Assembly (NCBI GenBank): GCA_043744175.1
Contig: JAYTVD010000126.1
Location: 1,136 to 65,135 of the forward strand
Reading direction: 5' to 3'
Length of the DNA stretch: 64,000 nt
Source of the DNA: Phyllobacteriaceae bacterium
GTDB taxonomy: Bacteria; Pseudomonadota; Alphaproteobacteria; Rhizobiales; Rhizobiaceae
Positions 17,555-24,890 of the stretch are shown here, piece by piece. Made by a program: the position numbers and the translations under genes. The notes under the pieces were generated by a model that did no database searches, was not told where the DNA came from, and saw nothing but the letters and a program-made list of their open reading frames with translations. How positions within the stretch are numbered: position 1 is the stretch's first letter; each line of letters starts with the position of its first letter.

Positions 17555-18730
17555 TTATCTCCCGCCGATGACGCCGATATAGTCTGATACCCACCGATAA
17601 TACGGCACACAGGCATCGCCTTGCGTAGCGCATTTGGTCTGCGGGGTTTTCCAGAATTTGATCTTGTCAAAATTATCGCCGCCATTGGCAGCGCATCCGG
17701 CATCGGTCAATAATTCATTACCCTTGCAAGCGGCAGGAACGGACGGCACGGTGCCAAACCAAGCTGAAACATCACCCTGAACCTTAGCATTGAGCGAATG
17801 CTCCATCCACATGTAGGCGCAGTTTGGATGCTCGGCTTCCGCATGAAGCATGGTTGTGTCGGCCCAGCCCGTCACGCCCTCTTCAGGGAATGTGGAGGCA
17901 ACAGGCGTCTTGGCCATCGCTTCCTTGTCATACTGCAATGTGTTCACTTGGAACGGCCAAGAGCCGGAAGCCACGACGCCCTCGTTCTTGAAATCATCCA
18001 CTTGAATCATCGCATCATGCCAATAGCGCGATGTGAGCGTGCGCTGCGTACGTAGAATTTCCAGTGCCGCTTTATATTGATCCTCGTTCAACTCGTAAGG
18101 ATCTTTAATGCCAAGCTCAGGCTTGTGGAACATCAGATAATTGGCCGCATCGGCAATATAAATCGGACCGTCATAGGCCTGCACGCGGCCCTCGTTGGTC
18201 TTGCCATCCGGCAAATCCATCTTCTCAAAAACCACGTTCCAGCTCTTCGGCGCTTCTTTGAACGTGTTGGTGTTATACATCAAAACATTCGCGCCCCAGA
18301 CATAGGGCGTGCCGTAATGCTTGCCATCCACCGTGTGCCACGGCGCATTTTGCAGACGTGGATCAATCGTGCTCCAAGATGGAATAAGCGCCGTGTTGAT
18401 CTCCTGAACGCGCTTGCCGGCCACCAGTCGCAGCGACGCATCGCCGGAAGCCGTGACCAAGTCAAACCCGCCCTCATTCATCAGCGCGACCATTTCATCG
18501 GAGGTCGCGGCGGTCTTGACGGACACTTTGCACGATGTCGCTTTTTCAAAATCGGTGACCCAGTCATAGGCCTTGTCAGTTTCGCCGCGCTCAATGTATC
18601 CGGCCCAAGCCACGATATTCACCGCGCCCTCGCCCTTGCCGAGCTCTTTCAACATTTCAGCCGATGATGTTTGAACGCCAAAGCTCATCACCGAAACCAG
18701 CGCTGTGCATGTGTGCAATAATTTTTTCAT
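17555..18730 (-). CDS. periplasmic polyamine-type substrate-binding protein (PotD/PotF/YdcS-like)
   Basis: Start set at the ATG (MKKLLHTCTALVSVMSFGVQTSSA signal peptide) preceded by GGGAGAA. The longer ORF-track version (to 19159) runs through the intergenic region into the LysR gene. Confidence 0.85.
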   Translation of the reverse strand: MKKLLHTCTALVSVMSFGVQTSSAEMLKELGKGEGAVNIVAWAGYIERGETDKAYDWVTDFEKATSCKVSVKTAATSDEMVALMNEGGFDLVTASGDASLRLVAGKRVQEINTALIPSWSTIDPRLQNAPWHTVDGKHYGTPYVWGANVLMYNTNTFKEAPKSWNVVFEKMDLPDGKTNEGRVQAYDGPIYIADAANYLMFHKPELGIKDPYELNEDQYKAALEILRTQRTLTSRYWHDAMIQVDDFKNEGVVASGSWPFQVNTLQYDKEAMAKTPVASTFPEEGVTGWADTTMLHAEAEHPNCAYMWMEHSLNAKVQGDVSAWFGTVPSVPAACKGNELLTDAGCAANGGDNFDKIKFWKTPQTKCATQGDACVPYYRWVSDYIGVIGGR

Positions 18731-18840
18731 GGATATTCTCCCTTGAACAAAGCCGTGCCGTTCCCTGTTGGGGCATCTTGCTTGAAAGCCATGTTCAATC
18801 AGGAATAATGATTTCGCAAATTCATAATTCAAAATAGTGT

Positions 18841-18857
18841 TATCGGAATTTCCGATA
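18841..18857. promoter_or_regulatory. perfect 17-bp palindrome TATCGGAATTTCCGATA (ATC-N9-GAT, LysR-box-like)
   Basis: Read directly. It abuts the LysR gene stop and lies about 110 nt upstream of the binding-protein start. Confidence 0.4.
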
Positions 18858-19766
18858 TTATTTCTGCCGTGCGCCCCGATGCGTCTGCGCAATGCGGATA
18901 AAGTCCCGCGCGGAGTCTGGCAGGCTGGAGCCCTTGCGCCACACCATGCCCACTTGCACGGCGGGCAACTGTCCGGAAACATCGCGCGATTCAATCCGGT
19001 CGCCTTCCAGTGACCAAGGCCGGTAAACCAAATCCGGCAGCAGCGCCACGCCCGCGCCCGTCGCCACGAGTGAACGCACCGCTTCAACAGACCGCGTGCG
19101 GAACGCCACGTGGGGCTTTGCCCCCAGCGCGGAGAGCAGCTTGCCGGTGTTCTCCTCAATCTCGTCCACGGTCAGCATAATCAGCGGCTCGCGGGCGATA
19201 TCCGCGATGCTGATAATATCCGCGCCCGCCAGCTTGTGCCCAAGCGGCAGCCACACACGATAGGGCGAGACTTCCAAAATCTCCGCCTGCAGCGCCATGC
19301 GGTCGCGCAGGTTAGATGTCACCATCACGGCCACATCCAACTCGCCGCCGATGAGAAGATGCTCCAGATAATCGCCATTATCCTCAATCGCCGTCACTTC
19401 AACACCGGGAAACGCGCGGCGATAGCGCGCCAAAACATCGGAAAGCACATAGCCCGCCACCAGCGATGTAACCCCCAGCGCCAGTCGCCCGCCTTTGATT
19501 TCGCGCTCGTCCGAAAACGTCCGCCGCGCGTCGCCAACATCGGCCAATATGCGCGTGGCATGACGCAAAAACTGCTGGCCCTTATGGGTAATATTTAAGC
19601 CCCGCGCATGGCGCTCAAACAGCGAAACACCCAAATCCTGCTCCAGTTCTTTAATCGCCTCTGTCACCGACGATTGCGAAATAGACAAGTTCTGCGCGGC
19701 GCCCGAAACCGTGCCGTTTTCCGCCACCGCGATAAAATATTGAAGCTGTCTAAGGGTGAATGCCAT
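18858..19766 (-). CDS. LysR-family transcriptional regulator
   Basis: Start set at MAFTLRQLQYFIAVAENGTVSGAAQNLSISQSSVTEAIKELE, a canonical LTTR HTH. 302 aa. Confidence 0.85.
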   Translation of the reverse strand: MAFTLRQLQYFIAVAENGTVSGAAQNLSISQSSVTEAIKELEQDLGVSLFERHARGLNITHKGQQFLRHATRILADVGDARRTFSDEREIKGGRLALGVTSLVAGYVLSDVLARYRRAFPGVEVTAIEDNGDYLEHLLIGGELDVAVMVTSNLRDRMALQAEILEVSPYRVWLPLGHKLAGADIISIADIAREPLIMLTVDEIEENTGKLLSALGAKPHVAFRTRSVEAVRSLVATGAGVALLPDLVYRPWSLEGDRIESRDVSGQLPAVQVGMVWRKGSSLPDSARDFIRIAQTHRGARQK

Positions 19767-19872
19767 GTGGCTATAGTGGCGAAACGAGCAGGAATGGGCA
19801 AGGCGCAATTCGCGGGCTAACTTGAAACAACGGGTAACGGCACTAGCTTTTATGACGCAAGAGGAACCAAAA

Positions 19873-20166
19873 ATGAACACGGCAGTCAGCGATCACTTAG
19901 CCAAGCACGGCAGTGTTTATATGTCCGTCACCGGCCTCAAGGCCAAAGGCTTGCTGGCAAAACTGTCCTTCTGGCGTCACGCCATCCCATCGCTTTCGCA
20001 GGCCAAGACTGCACCGGGACTATTGTTCTTGGAGGTAAAGCCGCTAAATGGCTACCACCACACACTCACAGTTTGGGAAAACCGGCAGGCAATGGTCACT
20101 TACATCCGCACTGGCGCTCATGCCAAAGCCATGAAAATTTTAATAAATTCGCAACTGGGAGGATAG
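19873..20166 (+). CDS. small conserved-looking protein of unknown function, possibly frameshifted near its 3' end
   Basis: 97 codons from the ATG after GAGGAA. A second frame overlapping the end (to 20243) encodes a plausible C-terminus, ...KFATGRIVGLEVSAAPTWEQALKIWAEQGRAV. Confidence 0.4.
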   Translation: MNTAVSDHLAKHGSVYMSVTGLKAKGLLAKLSFWRHAIPSLSQAKTAPGLLFLEVKPLNGYHHTLTVWENRQAMVTYIRTGAHAKAMKILINSQLGG

Positions 20167-20323
20167 TCGGCCTAGAGGTGAGCGCCGCGCCAACATGGGA
20201 ACAGGCATTGAAGATTTGGGCTGAGCAAGGCAGGGCTGTTTAGTTTTGGCACGAATATTCTTGCAAACAACTTGCTCCCTAATAAAACCTATGGTCGAAC
20301 GACTGGCAAACTAGGGCACTTCG

Positions 20324-21058
20324 ATGAAAAACGCGGCACTGTGGCAGCAAATATCTGACTATCAAATTGATGCGCCCGACGTTGAATATCCATTCAGTGC
20401 ACGATTGGCACAAGAGAATGACTGGAGTTTGCGGTTCACCGATCTCGTAATCGCAGAATATAAGCGGTTCATTTATCTAAGCTGCATAACCAAACAAGCA
20501 CTCACACCATCCCGCGAAGTGGATGAGGCATGGCATCTACATCTCACATACACGAAGGAATATTGGGACAGGTTTTGCAAGGGCCTATTGGGCAGGCCAA
20601 TGCACCACAACCCGACAAATGGCGGACCAGAAGAAAGCACTAAGTTCAGAAATGCCTATAACGACACGTTCAGGATTTATGAGAGCGAGTTTGGCGAGAA
20701 GCCAAATCCGGAACTCTGGCCGAATGCCGACAAGCGATTCGCGTCAATTGATTCATCCAAGAAGTCTGAGCTAAGCAGCAACTATCTTGTTTCACACAAT
20801 AAGGTCGTAGCCGTTATCGGTTTAGTGGCCGTGCTCAGCGCCATCACATTTTTTATTCCCCCCGTCACTGCAATCATAATATTGCGCACCGTCTTATTGA
20901 TTTGCCTTTTCTCCATCGGCATTACCCATGTAAAAAAGATTGCGCCGAGCGCTGGTAATGGCCAGAATAGTGGAGGCTGTGCTGCTGGAGGTTGCGGCGG
21001 AGGCCATGGTTGTGGCGGGGGTTGTGGCGGCGGGTGCGGTGGAGGCTGCGGGAGCTAA
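20324..21058 (+). CDS. glycine-rich-domain-containing protein-like (DUF1399-like N-domain, two TM helices, Gly/Cys repeat tail)
   Basis: EVDEAWHLHLTYTKEYW matches the D-x2-WH-x-H-x5-Y core of the GRDP/DUF1399 domain. Two hydrophobic helices follow. The C-terminal tail is GGCAAGGCGGGHGCGGGCGGGCGGGCGS. Confidence 0.65.
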   Translation: MKNAALWQQISDYQIDAPDVEYPFSARLAQENDWSLRFTDLVIAEYKRFIYLSCITKQALTPSREVDEAWHLHLTYTKEYWDRFCKGLLGRPMHHNPTNGGPEESTKFRNAYNDTFRIYESEFGEKPNPELWPNADKRFASIDSSKKSELSSNYLVSHNKVVAVIGLVAVLSAITFFIPPVTAIIILRTVLLICLFSIGITHVKKIAPSAGNGQNSGGCAAGGCGGGHGCGGGCGGGCGGGCGS

Positions 21059-21107
21059 ATGCCGCAATGATTTAGCTGACACAGCACCCACTTTGCGCTC
21101 CACCGCG

Positions 21108-21285
21108 GCACCCCTCTCTGTCCTGTCGGACATCTCTCCCTCAAGGGGAGAGATCGGATTGCATCGAGGCCTTCGCCAATCAGTATATTCGGCACTTGGC
21201 GCAAATGGTTTGAAATTGATAGATTGGGCGGGGCGCCGATCTCTCCCCTTGAGGGAGAGATGTCCGACAGGACAGAGAGGGGTGC
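21108..21285. mobile_element. 178-bp MITE-like element with perfect 50-bp terminal inverted repeats
   Basis: 21108..21157 (GCACCCCTCTCTGTCCTGTCGGACATCTCTCCCTCAAGGGGAGAGATCGG) is the exact reverse complement of 21236..21285. Each arm contains its own small hairpin, TCTCTCCC-TCAA-GGGGAGAGA. Confidence 0.8.
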
Positions 21286-21351
21286 GGTTCGACTGGATGC
21301 AATCATCAAAATGACGCGCACTCGCCCACCAAGGGCGAGATGACTACCACG

Positions 21352-22467
21352 CTACCCCACATCAACCCACCTACCCTCAGCAAAGCTCTGCCCCATCGCG
21401 TGCACAGTACGCTCGATAACAATCCCCTCATCAAATCCAATCGAAATCGAAGGCTTGCCTGCCATCGCATCAATCAGCTGGCGGCACTCGATGATTTTTA
21501 GCTCGTTAAAACCCAGCCCGTGGCCCGGTGCGGGGATGAATTTGTCATAGGGCGCATGGCGCGGGGCGGTTAGGATTGTGCGGAAGCCTTGCTCGCTGAG
21601 GCGATCACTGGTGAGATAGAGCTGAAACTCATTCATCCGCTCTTGGTCATACAATATCGAGCCCTTGGAGCCGAAAATCTGCAAGGCAATGCGCCCCTTG
21701 CGGCCCCACGCCGAGCGGCTGAGCGCCATCACGCCGGAAGCGCCATTTTCAAGGTGAAACAAAATGCTGGCAATATCATGATTGCCGACTTCCTTTGGCG
21801 AACCATCCGCCGCGGGCCGCGTGGCATAGGGCTTGGCCATGTCGCACATCACGCGGGATACTTTGCCAAACAGTGTCCAGATCAGCGACAGTGGGTGCAC
21901 GCCGAAATCATCCAGCGCGCCATAGCCGGATGAGGCCTCGCTTTTCCAATTAAACACCGCCTTGGCATCCGCCATATAGTCTTCGTCCATCTCGAAGCGA
22001 ATATGGTTGACCTCGCCTATCGCGCCCTCATCCAAGAGCGAGCGAATATGACGGATGAGCGGGTTCTGAATATAGTTGTAGCCCAGCACAGCCGCCTTGC
22101 CGGATTTGCGTGCCGCCGCCAGCATCGCCTCAGCGTCCACAAGCGCAGGCGCCATCGGCTTTTCGCACCACACATGCTTGCCCGCATTCAACGCGGCAAT
22201 CGCCATTTCGGCATGGAACTGGTTTGGCGTGGTGATCGACACCACATCCACTTGCGGGTCCGCAATCAGCGTTTTCCAATCACCGCTGGCACTGGCGAAT
22301 CCAAATTCTGATGCGCGTTTTGTCGCCAGCTCTTGGCTGTGCTCAGCCAGATGCACCAGCTTTATTTCCGGCGTATCACCATAAACAGAGCGCACCGCAT
22401 TCCATGCCAGCGCATGGCACTTGCCCATATAGCCCGTGCCAATCAAACCCACACCAATCGTTTTCAT
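21352..22467 (-). CDS. Gfo/Idh/MocA-family NAD(P)-dependent oxidoreductase
   Basis: Start set at MKTIGVGLIGTGYMGKCHALAW (Rossmann GxGxxG). 371 aa. Preceded by an IolR-type palindrome. Confidence 0.85.
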   Translation of the reverse strand: MKTIGVGLIGTGYMGKCHALAWNAVRSVYGDTPEIKLVHLAEHSQELATKRASEFGFASASGDWKTLIADPQVDVVSITTPNQFHAEMAIAALNAGKHVWCEKPMAPALVDAEAMLAAARKSGKAAVLGYNYIQNPLIRHIRSLLDEGAIGEVNHIRFEMDEDYMADAKAVFNWKSEASSGYGALDDFGVHPLSLIWTLFGKVSRVMCDMAKPYATRPAADGSPKEVGNHDIASILFHLENGASGVMALSRSAWGRKGRIALQIFGSKGSILYDQERMNEFQLYLTSDRLSEQGFRTILTAPRHAPYDKFIPAPGHGLGFNELKIIECRQLIDAMAGKPSISIGFDEGIVIERTVHAMGQSFAEGRWVDVG

Positions 22468-22521
22468 TGCCAACATCCCTAAACCAAAGAAAGCCAAACG
22501 CGTTCTATTTTGCTCATATTT

Positions 22522-22535
22522 GGAATTTATATTCC
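22522..22535. promoter_or_regulatory. GGAA-N6-TTCC palindrome (IolR-operator-like)
   Basis: GGAATTTATATTCC read directly, nested in the larger inverted repeat CGTTCT...AGAACG (22501..22547), about 55 nt upstream of the oxidoreductase start. Confidence 0.45.
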
Positions 22536-22669
22536 ATTTTGAGAACGAAGTTTCAAGTGCATGGAACCCAAAAAGCTGCGCGTGTTGAACAATATATGGC
22601 CTCAAAATCTAAAAATAGTGCGGCAACGGGCTGGGCGCTCCCCGCACGGTTCGCGCACGCGCGGCGTAC

Positions 22670-22713
22670 GGTTTCTGGGCGATCTCTGGGCGGTTTCTGG
22701 GCGGTTTCTGGAC
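22670..22713. repeat. four tandem copies of an 11-bp unit (GGTTTCTGGGC consensus)
   Basis: Read directly: ggtttctgggc gatctctgggc ggtttctgggc ggtttctggac. Intergenic. Confidence 0.7.
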
Positions 22714-22868
22714 TGACTTCGAGCGTTTGCCGACTAATGCACCAGTAAAAATATAAGGCCTAGGCATTCCAATTTTTACCACCCTTGAAACGCTTGTTCT
22801 ATCCTCAATCTATGCCATAAGTGGTACAAATATTCTATTTTGCATTTTATTTTGCCTGAGATGATCCC

Positions 22869-23690
22869 ATGAAACCACCACGCGATTTCCAAAGCCTGAA
22901 AACCTTCATCATTGAACGCGGCGATGCACTGCCAAAACGCTTGCGCCAAGTGGCTGTGTTTGCCCTGCAAAATCCTGACGAGATCGCCTTTGGCACCGCC
23001 GCCAGCATTGCCGAGAAAGCGGAAGTTCAGCCATCAACCTTAGTGCGTTTCGCACAAAGCATTGGTTATGTTGGTTTTTCTGATTTGCAGGCGGTTTTCC
23101 GCGAACGCCTGCGCGAGCGCGGCTCCTACGAAGAGCGTCTTGATGCGCTTAGCGACGCCTTTGGCCGCGAGGGCGGCAACTCAATTCTCTCCGGCGTTAT
23201 CGCCGCCGCTGGTACGTCGCTGGATAGTTTGAGCAGCACAATCCAATCCGAAACCTTTGATATTGCAGTGAAATTATTAGCAGGCGCCGAGACAATTTAC
23301 CTCGTCGCCCAGCGCCGTTCTTTCCCGATCACTACCTATTTGGCCTATATGTTTGGTAAGTTAAAAATCCGCACGCAGCTTGTCTCCTCGCCCTTTGGCG
23401 TGGAGCTGGAACAAATGGCCTTTGCCACCAAAAACGATGCCGCAATTGCCGTTTCCTTCTCGCCTTACGCCTCCCACACCGTGGACCACGCTCAGTGGCT
23501 TAGCGACGCTAGCGTGCCGGTCGTCACCATCACCGACAGCCCGTTTTCGCCGCTAGTGGGCCTCTCCAAGCATTGGTTCGAGGTCGCCGAAAGCGATTTC
23601 GGCGGCTTCCGCTCACTGTCCGCCACCATGGCATTTGCCAATGCGCTGGCCATCGCCATTGGCGAAGAACGGCGCAAAAACCGCAAATAA
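22869..23690 (+). CDS. iolR: RpiR-family transcriptional regulator, probable inositol catabolism repressor
   Basis: 273 aa with HTH_6 plus SIS architecture, adjacent to the iol genes. Rhizobial IolR is RpiR-type. Confidence 0.7.
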   Translation: MKPPRDFQSLKTFIIERGDALPKRLRQVAVFALQNPDEIAFGTAASIAEKAEVQPSTLVRFAQSIGYVGFSDLQAVFRERLRERGSYEERLDALSDAFGREGGNSILSGVIAAAGTSLDSLSSTIQSETFDIAVKLLAGAETIYLVAQRRSFPITTYLAYMFGKLKIRTQLVSSPFGVELEQMAFATKNDAAIAVSFSPYASHTVDHAQWLSDASVPVVTITDSPFSPLVGLSKHWFEVAESDFGGFRSLSATMAFANALAIAIGEERRKNRK

Positions 23691-23724
23691 AAAAGCCCGC
23701 GGCAATCGATTACCACGGGCTTTC
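23691..23724. terminator. bidirectional rho-independent terminator
   Basis: AAAAAGCCCGCGG-loop-CCACGGGCTTT hairpin between convergent iolR and iolG. Confidence 0.6.
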
Positions 23725-23740
23725 AAAGGATAATTGCTAG

Positions 23741-24730
23741 TTACGCAAGGCGTACTGGCAGGCCAGTGTCATGCGACTTCTGCGCGGCATCGGCCAGCAA
23801 AAGGGCCTGCAAACCATCAAAACCCGATGGATTTGGCTCTGTATTGTTCACAACCATATCAATGAACGCGTTAAGCTCGTTGCGGTAAGCAACGTCATAA
23901 CGCTCAAGGAAGAAGTTCTGCACTGGGTCTGATGAAATGCCGCTCTTGGAGGCAAATTTCACTGTAGTTTCAAGCACATTGCCAGCGGTGAGCAGGCCCT
24001 TGGAACCATGCACTTCAATGCGCTGGTCATAGCCATAAGTGGCGCGGCGCGAGCATGAAATCTGGCAAATCTTGCCGGATGCCGTCTTCAGAAGCACAGC
24101 AGCCGTGTCCACATCGCCAGCCTTGCCGATTTCCGGATCAATGATGGCGGAAGCCACCGCATGAACTTCCACAGGCTCTTCGCCGAGCAGGAAGCGCGCC
24201 ATATCCAAATCATGGATCATCATATCGCGGAAAAGACCACCGGATGTCGCGATGTAAGAAACCGGCGGTGCGCCCGGATCGCGCGAAAGGATCGTCACCA
24301 ATTCAACATTGCCAACCGTACCTTCGGTAATACGAGCCTGCAAATTGCCGAAGTTCGGGTCAAAGCGACGGTTGAAACCAACCATCAGCTTTGCGCCAGT
24401 TTCTTCAACAATCTTCAATGTCTTCACAACGCGAGCCGAATCCAAATCCACCGGCTTTTCACAGAAAATCGCCTTGCCAGCCTTCGCGGCCCGCTCAATA
24501 AAATCAGCATGCGTCGTTGTCGGCGTGCAAATCATGATCGCATCAATGTCTTTTGACGTGAAAATCGCATCAATATCGCGCACTTCCGCACCAGTCGCGG
24601 CAGCAAGAGATTCCGCGGCCTTTGGAAACGGGTCAGCAATCGCGACCAGTGTCGATTTCGGCGAAGCCGCAGCATTGCGACCATGAATTTGGCCAATCCG
24701 GCCTGCTCCTAAGAGCCCAAAGCGTAACAT
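23741..24730 (-). CDS. iolG: myo-inositol 2-dehydrogenase
   Basis: 329 aa. MLRFGLLGAGRIGQIHG Rossmann start, Gfo/Idh/MocA fold, EKP motif (IFCEKPV). Divergent from iolC. Confidence 0.8.
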   Translation of the reverse strand: MLRFGLLGAGRIGQIHGRNAAASPKSTLVAIADPFPKAAESLAAATGAEVRDIDAIFTSKDIDAIMICTPTTTHADFIERAAKAGKAIFCEKPVDLDSARVVKTLKIVEETGAKLMVGFNRRFDPNFGNLQARITEGTVGNVELVTILSRDPGAPPVSYIATSGGLFRDMMIHDLDMARFLLGEEPVEVHAVASAIIDPEIGKAGDVDTAAVLLKTASGKICQISCSRRATYGYDQRIEVHGSKGLLTAGNVLETTVKFASKSGISSDPVQNFFLERYDVAYRNELNAFIDMVVNNTEPNPSGFDGLQALLLADAAQKSHDTGLPVRLA

Positions 24731-24762
24731 TTAGGATTCTCCACTGGTAAAAATCTATAAAT

Positions 24763-24806
24763 AGAACATATATTCTGAATTGACAAGAGTATAGAATATA
24801 TGTTTC
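24763..24806. promoter_or_regulatory. pair of inverted AGAA-N6-TTCT-type boxes in the iolG/iolC divergent promoter
   Basis: AGAACATATATTCT (24763..24776) and AGAATATATGTTTC (24793..24806) are near reverse complements of each other, 16 nt apart. Confidence 0.45.
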
Positions 24807-24890
24807 ATTTAATCCATCAAATAGCCGGATGCAATTGCCCTCGTCTAGTGCTAATCGCTAAAACGCGTGTCCATTATGAAGGAATCTTTC

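Noticed and set aside
18731-19159. N-terminal extension of the binding-protein ORF (ORF track 17555..19159)
   Set aside because: The extension crosses the intergenic region and overlaps the LysR gene. The internal ATG at 18730 has a Shine-Dalgarno sequence and is followed by a proper signal peptide.
21286-21300. GGTTCGACTGG, superficially like a tRNA T-arm
   Set aside because: No acceptor stem, anticodon arm or D-arm can be built around it. It is simply the flank of the inverted-repeat element. I found no convincing tRNA or rRNA anywhere in the window.
20940-21321. 124-aa plus-strand and 88-aa minus-strand ORFs sharing the peptide PLSVLSDISPSRGEIG
   Set aside because: Both run through the 178-bp inverted-repeat element. 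The shared peptide is the mechanical result of translating a perfect palindrome on both strands.
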